Assembly: GCF_018977255.1 (NCBI RefSeq)
Contig: NW_024704742.1
Location: 3,908,001 to 3,968,000 of the forward strand
Direction: 5' to 3'
From: Callorhinchus milii
Taxonomy: Eukaryota
Length of the DNA: 60,000 bases
Shown here in pieces: positions 49,246-60,000 of the stretch. The notes below the pieces were generated by a model. The model saw only the letters and a program-made list of their open reading frames with translations. It did not search any database and was not told the DNA's origin. The position numbers and the translations under genes are program-made. Within the stretch, counting starts at the first letter, position 1. Each line of letters opens with the position of its first letter.

Positions 49246-49642
49246 AGAAATATTATTAGCTATAATTCTGACAGGCAAAGTTGTCAGCTCACCAGGGGAC
49301 TCTTGGAGGGTATCATGTGCGGCTTTGCTCCCTGTTATGGATTTATCATTGTGCGGTTACAATGAGAAATCCCATTACAAACTTGAAATGAAAAGTGTTG
49401 CCAAAGCTAATGAAAGGTGATAAAAATCCCATTGAGTCATATAGCTTTACTGAAATAAGAAAACTCAGCCCAGTCCAGAGATCGAAACGTCCAGTGAATG
49501 TGGCCGATACTGTGATGAAAGTAGGAACAAGCAGCCCTTTAAGTTTTACAAACCGTACAAGTTTTGACACCTTAACTAAGGTAATGTTGAAAGAAATCAT
49601 GTGAGCAGAGCTACCACAAACCACAACAACTTGCATTGATCG

Positions 49643-49688
49643 AGCGTCCCTCTCTCAGGGCAGCGTCCCTCTCTCAGGGCAGCGTCCC
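49643..49688 (+). repeat. 19-bp tandem repeat (agcgtccctctctcagggc) x2.4
   Basis: Read directly; lies inside a minus-strand L2-type terminus. Confidence 0.9.
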
Positions 49689-50479
49689 AGAGCTAACAGA
49701 AATAGCAGCGATGGTATCCGTCATCTTCAGGTGGTTTCTGTTTGGAGACGGGTGTGTGGAGGAGTTAAGTTGAAATATTTTGCTTTCAACACACCATTTG
49801 CTCTGTCTCGGGGAGTTATTCTGTTCTGTTCTAAGTCAAGAATGTGTGCCGCGGGCAAAGTGGAACATTCTGATCGGTCAGGCTTATGAATTAATGTGAA
49901 GTAACTTTGAATGATATATCTTACACGGCATCAAATAAGTGGAAGGAGAAAAACTAGCAAATGGTGGTGCAGAGTAGCATTTAGTTCACAGCGACAAATT
50001 CACGACATCACACACAAACAACAACAACTTGCATTTTGATAGCCCCTTTCACGTTGGGAGGATGTCTTACTGTTGACTGAGAGCTCACACTGGGGGTGTG
50101 GTGGGGGAGGTGAAGAATCAGAGTAACTACAGTACAAGAGGGAGAGTATTTATGTATTTAAGTATCTCTAACTCACTGTTAGGTTTTGGTGAGAGGTTCT
50201 TGCCAGTCTTATCACTAAAAGCAATGTGTGTGTGTTTTATAATCCAGTTCTTGTTAATATGTATTTGTTAAATGAATGGGCAGAATGATTTCAGATTTAA
50301 TAGATTGGCAGTCAGGCGATCAAATTGGATTTTGATGCCTTTATATGTTGTAGTTTTTTTTTACAAAAACTAATGAATGTAGATTTGTTCTGTTACTGTT
50401 GTAAGTGGAGCTTCTTTGGCCCATTTGACCTCATCCTTCCACGAAGCATTAGTCTGGAAACTATCGGGAATATTACAGT

Positions 50480-50620
50480 AATTATTTAGGGAGGACAAGT
50501 TTGCAGGGGAGAGAGCGGGAGAGTGGGATTGAATTGGATAGCTCTTTTCAAAAAGCCGGCACAGACACGATGGGCCGAATGGCCTCTTTCTGTTGGTGTA
50601 TAATTCTATGATTCTATGAA
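50480..50620 (+). mobile_element. CR1 3' end
   Basis: Closely matches 40597-40736; tail attctatgattctatga. Confidence 0.88.
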
Positions 50621-50977
50621 TTTCCTGACGTGCTCAGCTGCGATGTCCCCAACTCACTATTCCAGGCTCATCCATAAACAATAGCACTATATTACACCAG
50701 GAGAGGGGGGGGGGGGGGGGGGAAGACAGAAAGTAATAACTAATAAGCAACTAAATCAATGCACTGTCGATCACTGTATTTATTTTATTATTTACTGTAC
50801 TCTGCTTTTAATAGTCTAACTGTGTAACTAAATGTACCTCATGTGAGAAGAGTCAAGCTTTAGAACAGTGATGGAGCTGCAATACTAACTCATATTCCTA
50901 GCCTCACTAACTCCTGAATTAGTTATGAAAAACACTATTTTTTCCACTTGATGTTGTTAACCCTGATTAGACCAAGC

Positions 50978-51030
50978 AGACAGACAGACAGACAGACAGA
51001 CAGACGGACGGACGGACGGACGGACGGACA
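50978..51030 (+). repeat. Compound microsatellite (caga)n(cgga)n
   Basis: Read directly. Confidence 0.95.
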
Positions 51031-51137
51031 GGGAGGAAGGACAGAGCCCGAGAAGGTCCTGATATTTTTTTAAACCCAATCCGCCCGTCCTGTCCTGCTG
51101 CCTTGACATATCTGAAAGTCTTGTTCTGCTTCACAAT

Positions 51138-51368
51138 TTAAAATGATGTTCACAAATATGAGGGATTTTGATAGAGCAAATAAGGAGAAACTCTTTCCTC
51201 TGGCAGGTGGATCGGTAACCAGAGGCCACAGATTCGAGATAAGTGGCAAAACAACCAGAGGGGAGACGAGGAGATTTTTTTTAAAAACCCAGAGAGTTGT
51301 TACGATCTGGAACGGCACTGCCTGAAAGAGTGGTGGAAGCAGATCCAATAGTAGCTTTCAAAAGGGAA
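51138..51368 (+). mobile_element. CR1 C-terminal fragment
   Basis: MRDFDRANKEKLFPLAGGSVTRGHRFEI..RRFF..QRVVTIWN. Confidence 0.85.
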
Positions 51369-52229
51369 TCGAAGGCCTCCTTCGTAGTTTACGTGGTTGT
51401 AAATAGAATGAACAACAACAACAAAATTACATTTGTAAAGCGCCTTTCACGTCGGGAGGACGTGGAGCTCGGGATCTGTGATCAACACGGCCCTTAATCT
51501 CTCTGTCCTTTTGAAAACCCAGAACTTTTGTTGGTGCACGCCGACATTTTTCATCAATTGATTGCTGACAGCGAGTCCTTTTTGATTCATTCACCAGTGG
51601 AAATGTTTACGGCTGTGAACAGCGCAGAGCAGTCAGTCTTCCCACCCTGGCCAGCTTTGTGCCCACACGAGACCATGGCGGGATGTTTACAGCTCTTGTT
51701 TGTGAGCAGCAACAAACGGGATAGCTGTCACCCTCTTTAATTCGCTCTTCCAGCCTGCCAGAAAGCGATACATCCGAAAGGCTTCTCAAATTCTTATGTT
51801 TATTGTGAGTTGATCTCAGTTTTTCGGGCAGGAGAGGATTTAGACGCACTTATAAATTTTTCAGGGAGTAAATTACAAAGAACGGTATTTAACTTCAGAT
51901 ACAGCGACAGGTGTTCTGTGTAGAAATGTCGACTTTCATCAGCAAATTGAGCGAGTGTGTGCCAGCATTCTCATCAGTAGCTGTGCTGCTCCGAGGTACA
52001 GTACAATAGGCAGTCACCTTGGGGAGGATAGCTAGCCATTAGCATTAAGAGGGTGTATGCCTCCGTATCTATCTCACTGTCGATCTACTTACACGTATAC
52101 GCTCTCAAACACACACACGCAAGTCCCTTTCTTTCATGCTGCTTCAGAGAGTTTACCAACACACAATGCTATGTAACAATAGACGTTTTGTTTTAGACGC
52201 CCGCCTCTCTTTTTTTTTAAAAAAAAAAT

Positions 52230-52400
52230 CAGCGACGAGGTCTGGGAGGGGGAAGATGACCGAAAGCGCGGTCAAAGAGGCAGGTCTTGAGGTGAGCCTC
52301 GAAAGCAGGTGAGGGAGGGAGCGAGTCGGAGTGAATCCGGAATGGAGTTCTGGAGAACGCGGGCAGGTAGGTTGAAAGCTCGCCCGCTTGATGGCGGCGG
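52230..52400 (-). mobile_element. L2 3' fragment
   Basis: Minus peptide PAFEAHLKTCLFDRAFGH. Confidence 0.7.
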
Positions 52401-53371
52401 TGGGCAGGGCAGGGGACGTGAAGCAGGCCAGTGCGGTCGGTGAGGAGACCTGCTTGTCTTCCCCTCAGCTCGGGAGCGACTTCCAGACACACCGCAGCAA
52501 CAGCCGGCATTATTTCCCCTCCCCTCGCTGCGTCCTCCCAACCGATGCCACGAGAGGAAGGAGGGAGAGAGGGAGGGAGCAGGCGGCCTGAAACCGGAAA
52601 TGGTCTTGGTCCGGATGAGGCCACCCTAGTCTATCTTCTGTATAATTTGCCTGTCTGCATATCAATCCATCTATCTATCTATCTATATATATATGCATAT
52701 ATAAAGACATAAAAGTAAATAAATACGTTAGGAAGAATGGAATCGTTCACGCAAAATACAGCTCCTAACTCGAACCACATCATGACTGCCTCACTTTGCA
52801 CAAAGCAATTTTTAAATAATAGAATAATAAAATAATATAATAATAAAGCATGGACTAAGAAAAGGCCAATATTATTAGCTTTTATTCATACTAATCCTTA
52901 CATTGGATATAGCGCCTTTCACGTCGGGAGGATAGTCTCAAAGCACTTCACCGGATATACCGTAAAGTGCAGTGACTGTGTTTTGTCGGCAATTAAGCTG
53001 GTACATGCCCTATATATACTTTGTTTATTATGTTTTTGTAATGGCATTAGCAAGCAAACGAATAGAAATCACTATAAATGCATTAGATATAATAACATTA
53101 ATGTTAAATACAGATGTTTTTTAAAAATTGCATTATTCGTCCTCGAGTATACGCTGCAATTTAAGATTTCAATTCGAAGCAGCCGGGTTATCCCCCAACA
53201 TAATTGCTGTAACCGATAACATATTACGTTTATTTTGAAGCAACCACAAGCCAAAAAGTTATTTTCCACAGATCTCACGTTTTCCACAGATCTCACCAAC
53301 AAATAGGCCTCACTTGAAGAAAATAACACCTTCAAATAGAAAGAGTTATTCCAGCAGACAATCTGGGTATC

Positions 53372-53900
53372 AGTTTGACTCAACTGATAAAAACTGGTAG
53401 CACTCCTGCCTCTGAGTAAGGTTTGTGGGTTCAAGTCCCACATCGAGACGGTGAACTCACACAGTCTATGCTGACACTCCAATGCGGTGCTGGGGGGGGA
53501 CGTGCTGCACTGTCAGAGGTGCCATCTTTTGGATGCAACATTAAACCAAAGTCCTATCTGCTTGTTCTGGTGCACGTTAAAGATCCCACGATAGTGTTCA
53601 AAAAGACAAGGGAGTTTCTCCCGCTGCCCTGGCTGACAATCACTTAGATAAAATTGGGTACTGTTTTGCTCTGTTGCTGTGAGCAAATTGGCTGGTCTGT
53701 TTGCCTACAAATTTACAGTATATTCTGTAAAGCGCTTTGAGATGTCTTGAAGACACGACCAGGCGCTATATCAAATGCAAGGATTATTATTATTATTAAA
53801 TACACAGACCCTACACTTCACAGTAAAATTCTGTGAAGCACTTTGAGACACCTCGAAGATGGGATAAGGTGCCATATCAAATATAGGTCTATTATTATTG
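53372..53900 (+). mobile_element. SINE family B, near full length, followed by a second 3' end
   Basis: Head ggtagcactcctgcctctgagt..gggttcaagtccc, body, tail at about 53778, then a repeated 3' segment. Confidence 0.8.
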
Positions 53901-55399
53901 TGTGATTATTATTATAATCGTCCTTCAAAACTCTTTGAAAAAGTATATTTACAAGTCAGTCAGAATGAACAAAACAAACTCAAGACGGAATTTCCTCCCC
54001 TCCTTCAATTGTAAGTCAATGAGGCAGAATTTGTCTTAACCCTCTGAGTACGGTGGACATTTTTGTATGATTGCACACACTGAGACACGTGGTCGTGACT
54101 GCCAACAAGACTATGTGTTGAGTGTTAATGTTATAATATTGTGTATCTTGTGTTTGTCTTCTACATTTGAACAGTTTTAGTACTGGAAATGTTCTATTCA
54201 GTGTCCCAGAGGATAAACTGAAAACAACAACAATTTACATTTATAAAGCACCTTTCACGTGGAGATGACATCTAAAAGTGCTTCCCACTGCTGACAAGGA
54301 GGCAGAGCTGTTGGGGGACGGAAGCTGAGGAGAGGAAGGGAAAGGTGGCCGAAAGCACAGTCACCAAAATTGCTTGTAAGGCAAGGGGTTTTTTTTTAGA
54401 TGAAGGATGGAGCAAGGCGAGGGACTCCGGGATTGAAGGAAACTTACAGAACCACACAACCGTGGGAGAGTGAAGTTTCTCAAGACCTGCCAGATGTCCA
54501 AGCGTTAATATGAAGAGAAGCTTTTTTCTCCCCCCCCCCACCCCCTGAGGAGTGCTGCAATTTGGCAATGAACGTAGAGATTGGAGATACCTTAAACTGT
54601 TCTAACAAATTACTTCCACAAGATGGAGTTATTGGAACCAGAGTGATGCCATTTCCATCTGGAAGTTGATGCTTCACAACATCATGAGCGAGTGATCAGA
54701 TAGGCTGCAATAGCAATAGCAAAGCTATTCCCTGAGGGAGGAGGGAAGGAGTGGGGAGGTGAGGAGAGGAGAGGAGAGGACGGACTAATTCCTCTACTAT
54801 TTCGAGGAACTTTAAAGTGCCTTTCACAAATCCAAGCAGGAATCCATCTCAACAATTGCTCCGCTGCATTTTAAAGATAAAACCTTTATTCTGTTGTGTT
54901 GTTGGTGTGGTGTGATCGTTGCAAACACGGCATGGAGGAAACATGCGGCTTTTCGTAACAGATTCGATGTGAGGATTATCGAACGCATTGGGAAAAAAAG
55001 GTCTTTATTTTAGTGACTATTTTTCAAGCCGGTGAAGCCCAGCTCAAGGCTCTGGCCTCCAGCCTCTTTCCACAACTGTTTGGCCGCCATATTGGATCGC
55101 TGTTTTGCGCCAAGCGCAAAGATACTTGGGCGGGAAATTCCATCTGGGTCTAAACTTTACTCCACTTGGGTAGTTTTTCAGATCGGTTAGAATTGACCCG
55201 CATCTTAAATACAGTTTTAAACGTTCCCAGCCAGATTTCCAACAATCAATAGAAAAACAACTTAAAATTTAAGACTGAAGTCAACCCTTTGCCTAAACTC
55301 TGGATGGTGTAAAATGCTGCGTAAATCTAGAGAAGAGGAGGAATTTCTCTCAGTGTCTTTTCTTCGAACCGAAGACAGATTTGTGCACTTGCTTCTTAC

Positions 55400-55745
55400 C
55401 TTATTGACCTGGCACTGTGGGCACCAGCCTGCTTCCCGTCCCTGACCCTGCCACTGGCAAGCATTGTCCAGCCTGTCTGCCCCACTCTCTGGGACTCCAT
55501 CCCAGAGTCTTCCCGACTCGCTCCTTCCCTCACCTCACCTCTCTTGACCGTTGCTGCAGGTCTCCATTGCCGTCGGAGTGACTTCTTGGCTCCACCTCAT
55601 TAAAGTTCCATCTCAAGACCTACTACTTTGACCACGCTTTTGGTCATCTCTCCGCTCCCCAACCCCCTCGGCACTTACCCCAGCCAAGATTGTTTAGTGC
55701 ACTGAGTTCCTCCCAAGGCGAAAGGCGTTATACAAATGTAAATTT
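55400..55745 (+). mobile_element. L2 3' fragment, decayed
   Basis: catctcaagacctactactttgaccacgcttttggtc (HLKTYYFDHAFG); terminal ggcgttatacaaatgta. Confidence 0.65.
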
Positions 55746-55749
55746 ATAA

Positions 55750-56068
55750 TATAATAATCCTTGCATTTGATACAGAGCCTTAGCACGTTCGATGAGATGT
55801 CTCAAAGCGTTTCACAGAATATATGGTGAAGTATGTATCTTAGGGGTGAAACATGGCATCCAATTGGACACAGCAGTGTCCCACAAGCGGCCGTGGTTTG
55901 AGTGACCACATTGTTATCCCTGGAAAGCGGTCCATCGATCGTCTAACAACTGGGGTCCTCCTTACTGCTCGGTAAGCAAAGGCATGTGGAGTAAGGAAAC
56001 TTGCCTAAGGTTTCACCCTGTCCTGGGAATCAAACATGGATCCTCTCACTTGGAGGCGAGTGTGCTAA
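55750..56068 (-). mobile_element. SINE family A
   Basis: Tail, core and partial head. Confidence 0.85.
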
Positions 56069-57499
56069 AGTATTGTACTTTTTTTTTTGGATGGGATGTG
56101 CTATTACGGAGTTGTATTTTTGTCCACTGTTCTCTGTATTGGGAGCGGAGAAATCTTCACACCCAATTACTGTGTTGAAATTGGGGAAGACCAGGTGTTG
56201 ACAACTCTCGACTGAAATTCAGCACTTTCCGGAAAGATTTCACGTGATATGTGATAATAGCGCATGAAATCTGTTTTAAAACAGTGCCTTTTTGCACATT
56301 AAATTTCAGAGATGTGAGAATTCCTTATTTTGTAAAAACAAACCCTGTACTTTTGTGGTTGCTATGGTACAATAAACTGGATTGGAAATAAATAAAAGTG
56401 AATGTCTCAATTAAAAAAAAAACGAATTGCAAACTTTGGAACTCATTAAAAAATACGATTTTAAACTGCAACGAAATGCATTTTAAACTGACACTTTGCT
56501 GCACTGTTGGAGATGCTATCCTTCGGGTGAGACATGAAAACTGAGGACCCATGGACCCATCTCTCTGTCACAGCGCTGACTGTTCAGGCGTTCGATTCGG
56601 ACAAATCGATTCTCTGGGATTTCAGGAGTACGTTTGTCTGTTCAGGAAATTTCTGAATAGGAATGGAAGAAATCATGGCACTTTTCAAAAAGAGAAGAAA
56701 GTTTCTAACGGTGTATTGGCCAACAATTAAACACATTTTATTCTTCGGGAAAGAAATGGCCATTCGCTTTGTGGCTGTTTGTGGCACATTGGTCTGCGTA
56801 AACTGGTTTGTGTTCATCTACAAAAAAACAGTCACTACACTTTACAGCAAACCCGTGTGAAGCATTTTGAGACATTTTGGACGACATGATAACATGCGCT
56901 ATATACATTATCGAATACAAGTTTTTTTTAATGTAACCATTAATATTTAAATAGCAAAACTATTTTTATTTCACTTTAAGCAGTCTTAAATCCTTTTCAT
57001 TGTCCAGTGCAGGTGTGTGCTGGTAAAGCAAACCCCAGAGGCGTAATGCAGAATATTGTTTCCATCGGTATTTGTCTCACCTCTCAATAGCAATGAAATT
57101 AAACTAGTGATCTGATGAGTCAAAGTTGTTCAGCTGTTTACTCAAAGGGTGTGTTGAAGCTTCATTCCTGTACATGTCCTGCTCCATATCTCTAATGCCA
57201 CTATGGGTTTGTCTCCAGAGGAGAGCCTGTGTCTAGACTACTATTGTAAATGTTTTTCCTGGCTCCAGGAACGCTGGCAAGTTTCTCGCTGCTTGGTCTT
57301 GTCAAACCACCTTACGCGTTTGGTTTTGGATTGTCGGGTTAACCAAGACACCAACACACAACAAATTTCAACAATGTGTTCATTTAAAATTTTCACCTTC
57401 CTCATATCATTTCAACTCGCCTGATTGTATTGGGGGGTTGGGTTTGGAGAGAGGCTGTTTTAAATTATATTTATTGCCTTTGAGGTTTACCTTCTGTGC

Positions 57500-57765
57500 G
57501 TCAGCGTGGCTCAGTTGCTCGCAGTATCATCTCCGAGTCAGAAGGTTGTGGGTTTAAATTTGACATCAACACCTTGAGTTCTTATCGTCTGGGCTGACAC
57601 TCCAGCGCAGTGCTGGGGGTGTGCTGCGTTGTGGAAGATGCCATCCTTTGGATAAGACTTTAAACTGAGGTCCCATCTGCCTGGTCAAGTGGACATCCTG
57701 AAGATTCAAAGACAAGATTGGAAAAAAAAGAAGGCAGTTTCTCCCAGTAGTTTTGGCCAACAGCC
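57500..57765 (+). mobile_element. SINE family B (5' part)
   Basis: gtcagcgtggctcagttg...gagtcagaaggttgtggg head and body. Confidence 0.82.
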
Positions 57766-59609
57766 CTGGTAAAATTGTACACTCATTTCGCAGCTGTTTA
57801 TAAAATATCATTTCTATTTATATCTTTACATTTCTTGTCAGGAGGCCATCTCAAAGCGGGTTACAATAGTGATGGTCACCTGAGCTGGGCGTTGGGAGGT
57901 GAGCTGGGGGGTAGGAGCCGAGGGGACCGATGACCGAAATCACGCTCAAAAGAATTATAAATCTTAAAAGTGCGCGTGAGGAACACAAAATTCACTTGGT
58001 CTTAAATCTCTGTCACTGGACTTGGGAGGATTCCACAAAGGCAATGAATCTAAGTGAGTTTTCAGTAGGCATCAATCACCTCCTCCCACCAAAAAAAAAA
58101 AATGTTATTCAAAAAGACGAGGGTGAAACTCAAAAAAAAAATGCATTGTGATAATTAGCACATCACACATCCCCATTTTAGCCCATTGTTTGCAGAGGCT
58201 GTAATATAACTCAATCCAAGTCACAGGTGTGTTAGTGGCTTCTTTATTTTGTCTTTCCCAACTCTCAATAAAACACCACTCTACATCACACACCCCTTGT
58301 CCTTGTACACATGCTCTCGTCGACTCCTCATCAGTGTCAGGTCAATCAAATGGGTTGGGGAATGGAGGGGTTGTGATAAGAAGGGTCAATCCCGTGAAGC
58401 GCCATTCGACGTGAAAGGCACAAACCAAATGCAAGGATTATTAATATTATCAAGTGTGAGAGTGAACGTATTAAATACAAAGTATTGCATTTGTCGCTCT
58501 TCTATATGCATTTCCACCAAGAAATGATTTTTCGGAAAGAGCAGTCAACCTCATCTAAAAAAGCTACAAGTAATCAAGCTTAACAGGCTCTGATACATGG
58601 TTAGACGTACCAGATACTTGTTTATTCCTTTAGTTTGCAGTTACTATCAAGCTATCTATCTTAATGATCTTTAAAACCTCCAAACCTCAAAGATTCAACA
58701 GTTTTGAAAGGTTCCGAGTCTTATCCCACCTTAAAATTTGTCAATTTTGAACCTGCAAAAGTTCTCAAGTACATCTCATGCGTAAGGGGATATTTGTTTC
58801 AATATTAGATTAAGTTCCTTACAGAACAGTTTTGCCTTTTCATGTAATCTAGAAAACAAGGAGCTTCCGAGACTGAAACCTTAGTTTTGAATTTCTTAAT
58901 TAGCAACAAAACCACTGCCTCAAGTACAGTAATTGCTTTGACCTCAGCTACAAAGATGTGTAACTTCTCCGCTTCCAGCTACAACTCTTCCAACACTCTA
59001 ACGACAGCTAATTCGTGTTTTTTTTTTGTTCATTTCCTGGCATAATGGTTGCTTTTTTCTTTAAATCATTGTATCACATTCTACTTACAGGTCCTTTGAT
59101 TTTATTACTGTTTAAGATTCGACTGGCATGTCTTCACTGCCTCATTCTTAATTTTACCCTCTCTCCGTCTCTCTCTCTGTACATATTATATACATATATC
59201 ATATACGGTATAAGAATTATTGTTGCACGTTTTAAGCTGTTAGGGTCGTGGTGGTGGTGGGGTGGGGGGGGTGGAGAAGCAGAACTGATCACATTGCGAA
59301 AGCTGGCCTCCGATGAACTAAAAATTGGTCAATGTTTCAGCCAAATGACTCATAATAATAATATATATTTTTAAAATAATTGTATAACTATTAATATACT
59401 TATTAATATAGCAATTTTCAAGTATCAAAGAGGCGGGGATCTTGTGACTGAGTAGCCCTGACAGCGAGATCTTGACCGATGAGATAACTTATCGCCAGTA
59501 TTCAAAGGGTTAAAGAGACCTGGTCTGTCAAAGCCTTTGTTGAACCTTTTACGTTTATTAACGAAACACTTCAGAAACACTTGGCCCTGTATAAAACACC
59601 TGTAATCCT

Positions 59610-60000
59610 GTCTTAGTTGGTATGATTGTCGCCTCCGAGTCAGTCGGTTGTGGGTTCAAGCGTCACCTCGGCACTTGGAATCACATCGTCTCATCCGACA
59701 CTCCAATGTAGCACCGGGGAGCGGCTGTTGTATTGTCAGAGGTGTCATCCTTTGGATGAGATGTTAAACGGAAGTCCCATCTGCCTCTTCAGGTGGCCAT
59801 TAAAGATCCCATGCCACTGTTCAAAATGAGAAGGGAGTTTTTTTCCCCCCAAATAAACTTGGTCATTTGCTTCATGGCTGTCTGTGGGACATTGCTGTGC
59901 GCAATTGGGCTGCCACGTTAGGCTACAAATACACAGTCACTCCACTTCAGAGTAAACCCTGTGAAGTGCTTTGAGACCTCCTCCTGACGTGAAAGATGCT
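59610..60000 (+). mobile_element. SINE family B, runs to the window end
   Basis: Head, ggatgagatgttaaac..aaagatcccatg body, Deu core and 3' stem-loop. Confidence 0.85.

Overview
Vertebrate non-coding DNA (gene desert or large intron), most likely from a cartilaginous fish, possibly a chimaera/elephant-shark-type genome. This assignment is inferred from the repeat repertoire, not from a database search. I cannot support any intact host protein-coding gene, RNA gene or CRISPR array. Protein-like ORFs are decayed fragments of non-LTR retrotransposons (CR1, L2, one RTE). Two tRNA-derived SINE families dominate. Family A has a tRNA-Ala(CGC)-like head, a Deu-like core and an L2-like 3' end with a (TTA)n tail. 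Family B is older and SacSINE1/AmnSINE1(Deu)-like. Also present are a non-autonomous Helitron, a Penelope-type end with a decayed hammerhead core, palindromic MITE-like relics and simple repeats. Most noteworthy: a multi-element nested cluster (39.3-42.0 kb), an unidentified coding-like repeat in two diverged copies (3.9 and 36.7 kb), a 162-bp local duplication of enhancer-like unique DNA, and a dense CAGAC (SMAD-type) motif cluster at 13.6-14.1 kb. I found no convincing new multi-gene system. Boundaries of decayed repeats are approximate, and family names come from recalled consensus features.
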